The notes below the pieces were generated by a model. That model had not been told where the DNA came from and ran no database searches. It worked only from the letters and a program-made list of their open reading frames with translations. A stretch of 63,072 nucleotides of DNA from a virus. Lineage: Duplodnaviria > Caudoviricetes. Of the stretch, positions 48,776 through 58,390 are shown in pieces. The translations under genes were made by a program, and so were the position numbers. The first letter of the stretch is position 1. Every line of letters begins with the position of its first letter. The DNA lies in IMG/VR virus record IMGVR_UViG_3300025660_000448, positions 1-63,072 of that record. One strand, written 5' to 3'.

Positions 48776-49969
48776 TTAAATCAACCCGCTCATCTTCACA
48801 GCGATTGTCCCTTGTTTTGCTTCAACTTTGATTATAGTGGGAGTATTTGAATCTGGTGCAGTGATGTATATGTTTATATAACTTTTTGTTCTTCTTACGC
48901 CAATTTCTGAATTTGGTTTAATAAGTATTTTATTTCCATCTTGATAAGAAATTCTAAAGTTTTTACGAATTGCAGGAGCAAAACCAGCTTCTCCTTTTCC
49001 TCTAATATAATTCCTAAATGCAGGAACCGTATTAGAAATTTCTCCGGTTTCTTCTGCACCAAGAAGAAGTTTGTTAATTACATAATTCAATTTAACTGGT
49101 TTATCAACAAGTTTCTTAATCAAACCTTCCAAACTATCTAATACAAATTTTGATTCTTCTTTGCTGCCTTCTTCATATTCTTTTAATTTGTCTGAGAATG
49201 TGACTATCTTTTTCCCACCAAACATGATGTAAGATTGTTTGTTCCACAGATGAGCTATTGTAGGCATTGTCTCACTTGTAAATTTAAGAGAATGACCTAC
49301 ACTTTTTTTGCTACAACCTAGAATCATATCAGCAGTTTGCCTATGGGTTCCATATGTTTTAAAGAACTCCCCACCACTAAAAACAATATAATTTACTTCA
49401 CAATCCTTAAGCATTTGTTGTGTACGTTTCAACATACTTGTGGCTAATTCTTTGGCATGATGTCTTATTAACATTACAAGTTGGTCAGCAAGAGTTTTAC
49501 TTGTTTTCTTTTTTATTGTTTCGTATTGAACCGCATTTTGTGTTCTTACCCAACCCGGACCACGTTCGCCTCTAGGTTGAAGATTAGATATCTCAACTAA
49601 ATATAAATAAACTTCTAATTCAAAAAGAAGTCCCATTTCTTTTCCGACTACTTTAGGACTTTGTTGCATTCTTTTTTGAAACATATCAGCTTGTTGAGCA
49701 TCCAAATCTGGAAACACTTGTCCTTGGACAGCTTTAAAAGCTAAAGTCCCTTTTCCATATTTTCCTTGTTGTCCATATCCCTCGTATAAAATATTTCCTT
49801 TTGGTTTATGGTTAGCAGCAAGAGCTATTGGTTGTGATTCAGAAGATGGAAAATTAAATGATACCTTTCCATCTTCCATTTTAATGGAATTTAATACAGA
49901 ACGTTTAATGCCATCTAGAAAAGAAACGACATCATTATTCTCTAACCATATTTTGAATTCAACCATCAT
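48776..49969 (-). CDS. Hypothetical protein, possible virion-packaged
   Basis: Start reassigned to MMVEFKIWLEN after ATAAATA; ADM...HSLK could be a degenerate PD-(D/E)xK motif. Confidence 0.6.
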   Translation of the reverse strand: MMVEFKIWLENNDVVSFLDGIKRSVLNSIKMEDGKVSFNFPSSESQPIALAANHKPKGNILYEGYGQQGKYGKGTLAFKAVQGQVFPDLDAQQADMFQKRMQQSPKVVGKEMGLLFELEVYLYLVEISNLQPRGERGPGWVRTQNAVQYETIKKKTSKTLADQLVMLIRHHAKELATSMLKRTQQMLKDCEVNYIVFSGGEFFKTYGTHRQTADMILGCSKKSVGHSLKFTSETMPTIAHLWNKQSYIMFGGKKIVTFSDKLKEYEEGSKEESKFVLDSLEGLIKKLVDKPVKLNYVINKLLLGAEETGEISNTVPAFRNYIRGKGEAGFAPAIRKNFRISYQDGNKILIKPNSEIGVRRTKSYINIYITAPDSNTPTIIKVEAKQGTIAVKMSGLI

Positions 49970-50003
49970 TACAGTATTTATGCTTATATGAATATATATT
50001 TGC

Positions 50004-50498
50004 ATGAGATTTAGGATGTGGCTAGAAGGAGAGGTAACAGAGGACACCAAGAGTGCTATTTATAAGAAAGCAACTACAACTGGTATCCCTGCTCGTCATG
50101 GTGAAAGTCCTAATAGACATAACCGACCTTATTCTACTGACCCCGGAGATTTTGGACGTGGAATTTATTATGACACCAGTTATCACCGTGCAGCATCATA
50201 TGGCCGTGATGTTGAAAAAATAATTCTTAAATTTAAAAATCCTCTAGTTGTTACAGCAGATGAAGCCTATAAATTATCTGATAAATTCGAAACAGTAAGA
50301 TTATCAGATGAAAAATGGGACAAATTAGCAGGCGTAGGAGTTGAAAGAAAACATGATATGATTAGCGAACAGTTACTAAAAAACGCAGAAGCTATGACTA
50401 AAAATATGTTATCAAATGGAAATGATGGATTAATTGTAATCCATATCCGTGGGAACTTAGAAATGGTGGATTATAGACCTTATGAAAACACTACTTGA
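50004..50498 (+). CDS. ADP-ribosyltransferase-like protein (ART-PolyVal-like)
   Basis: RHG, FGRGIYY, AASYG, KNPL, GNDGLI, E.V pattern; N-terminal MRFRMWLE. Confidence 0.55.
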   Translation: MRFRMWLEGEVTEDTKSAIYKKATTTGIPARHGESPNRHNRPYSTDPGDFGRGIYYDTSYHRAASYGRDVEKIILKFKNPLVVTADEAYKLSDKFETVRLSDEKWDKLAGVGVERKHDMISEQLLKNAEAMTKNMLSNGNDGLIVIHIRGNLEMVDYRPYENTT

Positions 50499-50853
50499 AT
50501 ATAACATAGAAAAAGAAGCAGGCTTATGGTCAGACCAATATGAAAAGGGGCATCCCGGTCATGGAGAAGCTTCTGAATTTAAATGGACATTTCATCCAGC
50601 TTTTCCACTTTCTGAATTAGGAAATCCAAAAAATTGGTCTGATTGGATGAAAGATGAATTAAAATGGGCTGAAGAGGATGGGTTTGGATATAGATATAAA
50701 TCATTAATGGAAGACCCTAAAATTTTGGAACCTGTATTTATAGTTCAAGGCGTCGATGGGGAATATCATATCTGGGATGGACATCACCGAGTGGGAGCAT
50801 CTTTTTTAAGAGGATTTAAAACAATTCCGGCTAACGTAGGAATTAGATTGTAA
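50482..50853 (+). CDS. ParB/Sulfiredoxin-like domain protein
   Basis: PVFI...IWDGHHRV.A. Confidence 0.72.
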   Translation: MKTLLEYNIEKEAGLWSDQYEKGHPGHGEASEFKWTFHPAFPLSELGNPKNWSDWMKDELKWAEEDGFGYRYKSLMEDPKILEPVFIVQGVDGEYHIWDGHHRVGASFLRGFKTIPANVGIRL

Positions 50854-50929
50854 AAGAATTCTATATGACTTTATTTCTCTTTCATAGGAGCATACATATC
50901 TTTAGGGAACAAATAAGTGAGGGTAAAAT

Positions 50930-52543
50930 ATGCCTGATAATGCGTATACAGAAAATGATATTAGTTCGGTAACATTAGACAAAATTGCTAGTGATAATAG
51001 TGTTGATGATATGTCTCTGGCTCAAGGAACGGGAGTTACCGCAACGGGGATACAAGGCTCTTTCGCTCAAGGAAGTAATGCTACGGCATCAGGACGCCTT
51101 GGCTCTTTCGCTCAAGGAAGTAATGCGATAGCATCAGGTACAGGAGGGGCTTTTGCCCAAGGTGCCGGAGCACATGCATTAGGAATAAAAGGTTCTTTTG
51201 CCCAAGGCTTGTCAACTACGGCATCGGGTACGGCAGGGGCTTTTGCTCAAGGAAGTGGTGCTGTGGCTACTGGGCACCATGGTTCTTTTGCTCAGGGAGC
51301 GACTGTTACAGCGGGTTCAGGTATAGCGGGTGAGATTTCCGGTGCTTTTGCTCAAGGAAAAAGTGCTACGGCATCAGGAATAAAAGGTTCTTTTGCACAA
51401 GGCACAGGAGTTACAGCATCAGGTACAGCAGGAACTTTTGCTCAAGGAAGTCAGGCGACAACAACAGGAAACATAGGTTCTTTTGCTCAAGGTGCTGTTG
51501 TCGCTGCGGGAAGTAACGGTTCTTTTGCTCAAGGTAATAGTGCTATAGTATCATCAGGCAATGGTGCTTTTGCTCAAGGTGTTAGTGTTGCGGCAGCAGG
51601 AAACGGTTCTTTTGCTCAAGGTGCCTACGTTATAGCATCGGGAATAAAAGGTTCTTTTGCTCAAGGTTCGTCTACGAAAGCCTATGGTACAGCAGGGTGT
51701 TTCGCTCAAGGAAGCGAAACTCAGGCATACGGAAATTTAGGTTCTTTTGCTCAAGGAGAAGCTGCTCAGGCATCAGGAAGTGTAGGTTCTTTTGCTCAAG
51801 GAAATACGGTCACAGCGTGGGGACATATTGGTTGTTTTGCTCAAGGGCAGAATATCTACAGCGGCCAGAACAACAGTGATTCTTTTGGTTGTTTTGCTCA
51901 AGGAGTCTCCTTAGAAGCTTCAGGGACTAAAGGTAGTTTTGCTCAAGGAAGTAATGCTACAGCAAGCGGTAATTACGGTAGTTTTGCGCAAGGTGGAGCC
52001 TGCAGCGCATCAGGTGTCGGCAGTTTCGCTCAAGGTAAAAATTGTACTGCAACTGGTAACTACGGCACTTTTGCTTCAGGAACTAACGCATACGCACTTA
52101 ATACCCCCTCTTTCGCTCTAGGTTATAATGTTAATGCGTCCGGTTCGGGTTCTTTTGCTTTAGGAAAGAATTGTGTGTCGTCTGGTGATTATTCATTTAC
52201 TCTTGGTTTAGATTGCAAAGCGTTAAACACGACTTCCTTTGCTCAAGGCTCTGGGGCGTCAGCATACGGTTCAAGCTCTTTTGCTTTTGGCAATGGAGCC
52301 ACAGCCTCGGCTGACTACTCTATACAATTCGGAAATGGCCAAAATAGTAATAGTAATAGTTTATATTGTTCAACTATAAATGCTGCTACTTTATATGGTA
52401 GTTATGTGAAATGTGGTAGCAGTGGCTTCAGCGCAAATGGCACTTCAGGGGCCTTTGGCACGTCTTTTTGGGTGGCTGGGACTGCCGGAGGTTCGTATTA
52501 TATGACTATAAAATACGGTATTGTTACCGGGGTGTCAAACTAG
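50930..52543 (+). CDS. YadA-head-like repeat fibre/adhesin
   Basis: About 30 14-15-aa repeats with (S/A/C)FAQG core; C-terminal IKYGIVTGV. Confidence 0.8.
   Translation: MPDNAYTENDISSVTLDKIASDNSVDDMSLAQGTGVTATGIQGSFAQGSNATASGRLGSFAQGSNAIASGTGGAFAQGAGAHALGIKGSFAQGLSTTASGTAGAFAQGSGAVATGHHGSFAQGATVTAGSGIAGEISGAFAQGKSATASGIKGSFAQGTGVTASGTAGTFAQGSQATTTGNIGSFAQGAVVAAGSNGSFAQGNSAIVSSGNGAFAQGVSVAAAGNGSFAQGAYVIASGIKGSFAQGSSTKAYGTAGCFAQGSETQAYGNLGSFAQGEAAQASGSVGSFAQGNTVTAWGHIGCFAQGQNIYSGQNNSDSFGCFAQGVSLEASGTKGSFAQGSNATASGNYGSFAQGGACSASGVGSFAQGKNCTATGNYGTFASGTNAYALNTPSFALGYNVNASGSGSFALGKNCVSSGDYSFTLGLDCKALNTTSFAQGSGASAYGSSSFAFGNGATASADYSIQFGNGQNSNSNSLYCSTINAATLYGSYVKCGSSGFSANGTSGAFGTSFWVAGTAGGSYYMTIKYGIVTGVSN
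51018..52290 (+). repeat. Degenerate 42-45-bp coding repeats centred on TTTGCTCAAGG
   Basis: Visible periodic motif encoding FAQG. Confidence 0.85.
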
Positions 52544-52577
52544 TTTCAATTAAAAAAGAATAAATAAGGAGAAAAAA

Positions 52578-52853
52578 ATGGCAGAAGGAAACGTTTTATT
52601 AGATTTTGAGGTTGAAAGAGCTGTAGATATAACTGCGGGTGCAGACCAGCTAGTGAAAAACTCTCAAAGATTGTTAAAAGGAGCAGAGAACTATCTTAAA
52701 AATGTAAGAGATGCTGTGGCTAAATATGGCAAACCTGAATTGGTAGCAGTTTTAGGAGGCCCAGTGGTGACAGAAATGCAAGCGTTGTATAATAGAACTA
52801 AAGCTTTTATCGAAGCAACATCGACCTTAGTAGTTGTACCAGATATGGAATAA
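52578..52853 (+). CDS. Hypothetical protein, paralogue of 62000-62287 (possible fibre chaperone)
   Basis: GNVLLD.E, ENYL..VR, YGK.EL, TEMQ.LYNR..AFIE shared. Confidence 0.75.
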   Translation: MAEGNVLLDFEVERAVDITAGADQLVKNSQRLLKGAENYLKNVRDAVAKYGKPELVAVLGGPVVTEMQALYNRTKAFIEATSTLVVVPDME

Positions 52854-52858
52854 TAATA

Positions 52859-52903
52859 AAATAAAACCTCATTGATAACTAAGTTATCAATGAGGTTTTA
52901 TTT
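52859..52903. repeat. Perfect inverted repeat, 22-bp arms with 1-nt centre
   Basis: AAATAAAACCTCATTGATAACT-A-AGTTATCAATGAGGTTTTATTT, abutting ATG 52904. Confidence 0.9.
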
Positions 52904-53860
52904 ATGAAAGAAATAATATATTTATCAGGTCTTCCGAGAAGTGGTTCAACCCTACTTTGCAATTTATTAAATAAACATTCTAAAATTTTATCTACTCCAT
53001 CTTCTCCTTTATGCGAATTAATTAACAATTTACGAAGGATTTGGAGTGATGACCCTTTTCTTTTGGCTCAATTAGATTCTAATTTTGAAGTTGTTTATGA
53101 CCGTCTTCAACGGTCTATTAAAGCTTTTATAGAAGAATGGTCTGCTAATGATGGTCCTATTACTATAGATAAAAATAGAGGATGGTGTAATGCTGCTCCT
53201 ACATTACAACATCTTTATCCTGATTTTAAAATGATAATATGCCTCAGAGATTTAAGAGGTGTATTTTCAAGTATAGAAAAAAGACATAGAGAAACACTTC
53301 TTTTAGATTTCCCTGACCATACTGAACATCACATTGTAGATAATAGAGCCAACACACTCTTTGATGATAATGGGGTGGTGGGTAGTTCATTAAAGGCAAT
53401 TTATAATCTTGGTGATATCCCTGATATAATGAAACATATCTATTTTTGGAGGTTTGAAGATTTTCTAAAAGAGCCTCAAAAATCCATGGACGAATTATTC
53501 ACATGGATTGGAGTTAGTCCTCAAAAGATGGATTTTGACAATATTAAACAAACAACTCAAGAATCAGATTCTTATTATCGTTTTAAATATACTCATAAAA
53601 TCAAACCTAAACTAGAGATACCAGAAACATTAGAAGATAGGAAAATATCTCCACGCATAATAAATTCTATTTTGGAAAGATTTAAATGGTATTACGAAGC
53701 TTATTACCCAGAGCTTTTCGTCCAGAGGGGTCTGGGTAATGATGTTGAGAAACAAGTTAAGAGTGAAATTGATGAAGAACTTTCTAAGAATAATATTGTA
53801 AAAGAAGAAGTTATAAGCGATAATGATATTATTATCCCACCTAGAAAGAGAGTAAGATAA
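52904..53860 (+). CDS. Sulfotransferase-family protein
   Basis: SGLPRSGSTLL 5'-PSB motif, IDKNR.W, RD..GVFSS, RFEDF. Confidence 0.88.
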   Translation: MKEIIYLSGLPRSGSTLLCNLLNKHSKILSTPSSPLCELINNLRRIWSDDPFLLAQLDSNFEVVYDRLQRSIKAFIEEWSANDGPITIDKNRGWCNAAPTLQHLYPDFKMIICLRDLRGVFSSIEKRHRETLLLDFPDHTEHHIVDNRANTLFDDNGVVGSSLKAIYNLGDIPDIMKHIYFWRFEDFLKEPQKSMDELFTWIGVSPQKMDFDNIKQTTQESDSYYRFKYTHKIKPKLEIPETLEDRKISPRIINSILERFKWYYEAYYPELFVQRGLGNDVEKQVKSEIDEELSKNNIVKEEVISDNDIIIPPRKRVR

Positions 53861-53863
53861 TTT

Positions 53864-55009
53864 ATGTTCTGGACGTGGACAAAAAAGGAAGACCAAAAAA
53901 AATACATAAGTTGGGGTAAGCCTCGTTCAATACCCTCAGACAGCTTTAGCGAAGAAGCTCCAGATTTTGAGGTTCCAATATATTCTGGATGTCCTATAAA
54001 ACCAGAAGAGTCAGTCGTGTATATGATGCAAGGTGATGCCACTCTTGGCATGGGCGATTCTATCTGGCTCATCTCTTTTTTGAGAGATGTATATAGACTT
54101 AAAGGTAGAGGGCGATGTAGATTGGACATATGTTCTTCTACCTCTATTAATAAATTTTATTCTAACTTTCTTCCTTCAAGTATGAATCTTAGAGAAGAGT
54201 ATATCACGAAAGAAGAATTTGATACGTTTACATATAAACTACCTGCCATGTATTATTGGAAAGATGAAGATGGGGCCGACAGGTCTTGGGTAGATAATCA
54301 AAGTATTATACAACGTTTATATAATAATGTAGGTATGGAATATAAAGGTCTTCCTGATTTCGGAGATTTCACAAATGAAGAGATATTATATCCAAACAAA
54401 AATTATTATGAAAGACTTAGTATAGACAATAATGATAAGTATGTTTTATTCCAATGGCATTCAAGTGGAGAGTGTAAAAACCTTCCTCCTAAAACAAATA
54501 TAAAACTAATTAAACATATATTAAAACAATATGGATTAAAAGTTTACGTTTTTGGTCGTTTAAACTGTTTAGATAGATTAGAAGAAATAGAAGGAGTAAA
54601 AAATCTTTCTGGAAAAATAAATGCAGAAGATGTTTTCTCTTTAGCCTATCATTCAGAATTTATTGTATCTCCTGATTCTGCTGGAATACATCTTGGAGAA
54701 GCATTTAGAATCCCATCTGTTGGTATTATGTCTACTCTCCCTCCTAAATATATTGCTCATAAATATAAAATACCAAGCTTCATGTTTGGTGCTGGATTTT
54801 GCGAACATAAGCCATGTGGTGTTGTAGCAAAACTTCCTTTAAATAAATGTCCAAAAGGAACAAAAAAATATTGTGCTGTTTTACAAGACATTGACTTAGA
54901 GTTATTCGATATGTGTGTGAGAAGGAGTGAAAGAAATAGATACCTATATCGCAGAACACCTGAAGTTCCTTTTTATTGTTCACAGAAATTACCTATAACA
55001 ATACATTAA
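53864..55009 (+). CDS. Glycosyltransferase family 9 (heptosyltransferase-like)
   Basis: LGMGD, SPDSAGIHLGEAF.IP, C-terminal C...PC...C...C cluster. Confidence 0.82.
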   Translation: MFWTWTKKEDQKKYISWGKPRSIPSDSFSEEAPDFEVPIYSGCPIKPEESVVYMMQGDATLGMGDSIWLISFLRDVYRLKGRGRCRLDICSSTSINKFYSNFLPSSMNLREEYITKEEFDTFTYKLPAMYYWKDEDGADRSWVDNQSIIQRLYNNVGMEYKGLPDFGDFTNEEILYPNKNYYERLSIDNNDKYVLFQWHSSGECKNLPPKTNIKLIKHILKQYGLKVYVFGRLNCLDRLEEIEGVKNLSGKINAEDVFSLAYHSEFIVSPDSAGIHLGEAFRIPSVGIMSTLPPKYIAHKYKIPSFMFGAGFCEHKPCGVVAKLPLNKCPKGTKKYCAVLQDIDLELFDMCVRRSERNRYLYRRTPEVPFYCSQKLPITIH

Positions 55010-55689
55010 AAATCAATTTTGTATATCACACCATCTGACCATATAGTAAATATTTCTTCTGTGCCATTAGCATCTATTCTTTTTTCCATTCTTTTATCAA
55101 ACCCATCTATTAAAGAATGCCCACGGTGCTGATTTGTTATTCGTTGTTTCACAACAGCTAGTTTACCATTTTTCCCCAATACTTGACTCAACCACCTATC
55201 ATAAGGTTGCCAATCTTCATTTTGGAATAATTCTAAAATAGCTTTTTTATGTTTAGATGAATATAACATACATTGGGTACAAACTATTTCTTCACAAATG
55301 TATAACTCTTTTGTTTCTTTTTTTACTATATTGCAAAAAGAACCAATCCCTAAACATGCAATATTATTCTCTTCCATATCTTTGATATAAAATGGTAATA
55401 TATCAACAAATTGTTTCGGTGGAACAGATATCATACAATCACATTCACACACCAAAAGATAGTCTGTATCAAACTCATTAAAAGATTTTTTGTGAGAATC
55501 ATAACACCCATATGCCGCCTTATTTAACGGACCTTCACATGATGGCCATTTGCTTTGTGGGGACTCGCCAGTAAATACTGGGTTTACATGTTGAATGTAA
55601 GGAATATCCAATTTATTTATAGAATAAATAGAATTAACTTCCCTTTCTTCTTCAGGGTGTGAAAGAAGATGTACTATTTTAATATTCAT
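55006..55689 (-). CDS. Glycosyltransferase, GT25-like
   Basis: YGCYDSH, LVCECD, CTQCMLY, D.WL. Confidence 0.55.
   Translation of the reverse strand: MNIKIVHLLSHPEEEREVNSIYSINKLDIPYIQHVNPVFTGESPQSKWPSCEGPLNKAAYGCYDSHKKSFNEFDTDYLLVCECDCMISVPPKQFVDILPFYIKDMEENNIACLGIGSFCNIVKKETKELYICEEIVCTQCMLYSSKHKKAILELFQNEDWQPYDRWLSQVLGKNGKLAVVKQRITNQHRGHSLIDGFDKRMEKRIDANGTEEIFTIWSDGVIYKIDF
55401..55479. repeat. 79-bp dispersed repeat, copy 1
   Basis: 73/79 identical to 62335-62413. Confidence 0.92.
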
Positions 55690-55720
55690 CTTTCTTAATA
55701 GAGAAAGTGGAATTTAATTA

Positions 55721-56536
55721 TTACACATCAAGTAAAGTGCCTCTAATTATGAAGTATCCAGAATGAGTTGTTGCTGTGCTACCAACAGTTATTCCTCCAG
55801 AGATAGTGGTTCCAGCTATAATACCATGTTGCGGATTACCAACAACATGTCTGAAATTCAAAGAGTTAGATGTGGTTACTGTTGGTCCCCAATTCTTGTC
55901 TCTATCTACACTACTTCCGAATCTTACAGTTGGTGCAGTGCCAGCACCCGTGATGGCAGTAGTAATTATTTCCATTGAATCAATTAAAAATATTTTATCG
56001 GCTGGAACAACATATAATGTATAATCTGCAACCGTCTTAAAGTTTAGTGCAGAGGACATAATTGCTTTATAAGCAGATGACTCGCTACTTTCGTCAGGAT
56101 GATACCACGCAGTAATTGCCCATTCTGCTCCCGTGGACATTACTTGAACCCCAATTCTAGATTGTACAGTTTGCCAGCTAGACGCACCTTCTATAGTGTA
56201 TCCTACAGGTGGGGTTAAAGTAAGTGAGCTAGTAGCACTATTTATTCTTTTAACAATAAATCCCCTACCAGTATGGGTTGTAGGGTCAGGAAGAGAAACA
56301 GTTACATCGCTAGTAGCTGTTACAATAATAAGAGCATCATCATCTTCGGCTGTTATTGAAGTACTAGAGGTGGTTCTGGTTTCTAACACTTCTTTTTGGA
56401 ATTGTGCGCCATTATTTGTAGTAGAGGGAGTTTGACCATCAGAAGCAAGTACTCTATGTAAATTATCTAGAGTAAGACCTCTTAATGCACCTGCTGCCGA
56501 ACCAGCGCCCGACCCCTCTGTTGTTGTAGCTCCCAT
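55721..56536 (-). CDS. Putative virion structural / fibre-associated protein
   Basis: T/S/G-rich; VTVSLP...GRGFIVKR...TIEG module. Confidence 0.55.
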   Translation of the reverse strand: MGATTTEGSGAGSAAGALRGLTLDNLHRVLASDGQTPSTTNNGAQFQKEVLETRTTSSTSITAEDDDALIIVTATSDVTVSLPDPTTHTGRGFIVKRINSATSSLTLTPPVGYTIEGASSWQTVQSRIGVQVMSTGAEWAITAWYHPDESSESSAYKAIMSSALNFKTVADYTLYVVPADKIFLIDSMEIITTAITGAGTAPTVRFGSSVDRDKNWGPTVTTSNSLNFRHVVGNPQHGIIAGTTISGGITVGSTATTHSGYFIIRGTLLDV

Positions 56537-56564
56537 ACAGAATATATATGACTTATTTATTATA

Positions 56565-56600
56565 AAAAAAGAGACACTATTTAAATAGTATCTCTTTTTT
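56565..56600. terminator. AT-rich hairpin, probable terminator after uvsW
   Basis: AAAAAAGAGAcACTATTT / AAATAGTaTCTCTTTTTT. Confidence 0.6.
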
Positions 56601-56616
56601 ACACCAATTGTATGGG

Positions 56617-58053
56617 TTAAACCATAAAAGAATCTTTTATGGTTATTTCGTGACCTTCCTTCTTTAATATTTTGATTCTATTTCTACTATGTCCTTCTAA
56701 GTAATCATTAATTTTAAACACAAAATCATAATAATCTAAATATTCTTTATCATCAGCAATTCTCAATCCTCTGCCAAATCTTTGAATAATAATATGTTCG
56801 GCTTGGCCACCTGCGGCATTGATAAGATTGTGTATTTTAAAGTTAAGACCAGTATTAAGGATTCCCTGAGTAGCAATTGCAATTACATCATCTTGAAATT
56901 CCTGCAATCTATCAATAACTATCTTTCTAGTTTTTAGGTTATCTTTTCCTTGAATCCATAAGGATTCCTGCATGAGATTATGTAACAAATCTCCATGAGG
57001 TAATCTCTCAACCAGAACAAGAGTTCTTCCCTTCAAACTTCTTGCAAGTTTACAAACCATATTGTTAAAAGATAAATTTTGTGAAATTCCTTTTTCAACT
57101 GCGTCCATATAAATTGCATATGGAATTTGAGGTTCTGTAACTGGGAAGAAGGTGCATTTTGTTTTTGATAGCCTTCCATGCTCTTGCAATTTTTTTGTAG
57201 TCAATACACCATTTTCGGAAACTGCTGACTTAGTTTTCATAACAGGGCCAAAATATCCCTTCACAGAATATTTCTGTGGCTTATCTTTCCCACCAAATTT
57301 AAATGGCGTTGCACTAACTGCTACTCTCACACATGCTCCTTTGAGTTTATTATAAAACTTTTTAGGACCATTAGACATCATTTCATGAATTTCATCCACG
57401 ATAACAACACGCACATAAGGAAGTAATTTCTCTAATCTATGTAACGATTGCCATGTGGCACAAGTAATAATATTAGGTTTCTTACAGTCTGAATGTAATA
57501 CACCAGCCCGTTCGATTCCAAGCTCTTGCATTTCTTCATAGTTTTGTTGAGCAAGACCTTTTTTATTTGTTAAAACTAAAGCGGGTGTTTTTTCATTAAG
57601 ACATTTGAGAATGCACATCATCACCAGAGTTTTTCCACTAGCAGTTGGTGCTAGTATAATTCCCCGTCTGTGCTTTAGAATTTGATTGGTATAATCTACT
57701 TGATAATCTTCAAGCTCAATAGGACGACCACCCTTACTAAAATCACCTAAGAAATTTTTATCTATTTCATTATGTTTTAGAGATATAGTGTTTCGTTCGT
57801 CTCCAATTTTATATGAAACACCCAAATATTTTAATGCTGCTTTTACTTCTGGAAGTAATCCCGTAAGAAATCTACCACTAATTTTCTTGTAGAATTCAGT
57901 ATAACCATCCCATTTTCTTTGTTTATACAACCTACTATGGAAAAAGTTTTTCTCTCTGAATCGCAATGCTTTCCAAAGAACAGTACTTACTTCATCACTA
58001 TTGGTGGTTAACCATGAATAGGTGTTTTGAGTTTTAATAAAAGCTTTTTTCAC
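56617..58053 (-). CDS. uvsW: UvsW-like SF2 helicase
   Basis: APTASGKT, DEIH, SAT, QRFGRGLR. Confidence 0.88.
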   Translation of the reverse strand: MKKAFIKTQNTYSWLTTNSDEVSTVLWKALRFREKNFFHSRLYKQRKWDGYTEFYKKISGRFLTGLLPEVKAALKYLGVSYKIGDERNTISLKHNEIDKNFLGDFSKGGRPIELEDYQVDYTNQILKHRRGIILAPTASGKTLVMMCILKCLNEKTPALVLTNKKGLAQQNYEEMQELGIERAGVLHSDCKKPNIITCATWQSLHRLEKLLPYVRVVIVDEIHEMMSNGPKKFYNKLKGACVRVAVSATPFKFGGKDKPQKYSVKGYFGPVMKTKSAVSENGVLTTKKLQEHGRLSKTKCTFFPVTEPQIPYAIYMDAVEKGISQNLSFNNMVCKLARSLKGRTLVLVERLPHGDLLHNLMQESLWIQGKDNLKTRKIVIDRLQEFQDDVIAIATQGILNTGLNFKIHNLINAAGGQAEHIIIQRFGRGLRIADDKEYLDYYDFVFKINDYLEGHSRNRIKILKKEGHEITIKDSFMV

Positions 58054-58060
58054 AAGGTTA

Positions 58061-58342
58061 TTATATACTAAATTGTTTATTTTTTAAATCTTCATTAGCT
58101 ATTTTATAAAGAAAATCTCCATGACAACGTTTTGGAGAACAGAAGCAGCCTAGAATTTTTCCATGTAATTCTTGCTTACATTCTTCAACTAATTCGGGTT
58201 GTTTAAGAAACCATTCTTCAAACTTGTCACAAACTTCATCTCTTGTTCCATCTCGACCAATAGTGAAGGGGTTACCCCATTTTGAAGGACGACCAATATA
58301 AACATCATATTCACTTTTTCTACAATTTACTACCATTTTCAT
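58061..58342 (-). CDS. DUF4326 protein
   Basis: YIGRPSKWGNPF, LGCFCSPKRCHGD. Confidence 0.9.
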   Translation of the reverse strand: MKMVVNCRKSEYDVYIGRPSKWGNPFTIGRDGTRDEVCDKFEEWFLKQPELVEECKQELHGKILGCFCSPKRCHGDFLYKIANEDLKNKQFSI

Positions 58343-58349
58343 TTGTATA

Positions 58350-58378
58350 ATTATAAACTATTTAGTATAAAATGTCAA
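58350..58378 (-). promoter_or_regulatory. Consensus sigma70 promoter, likely leaderless transcript
   Basis: TTGACA-17 nt-TATAAT-7 nt-ATG 58342. Confidence 0.85.
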
Positions 58379-58390
58379 GTATATATTTGT

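Noticed and set aside
51018-52290. Regularly spaced TTTGCTCAAGG repeats resembling a CRISPR array
   Set aside because: Repeats are short, degenerate at third codon positions and in frame in a 537-aa ORF; no cas genes
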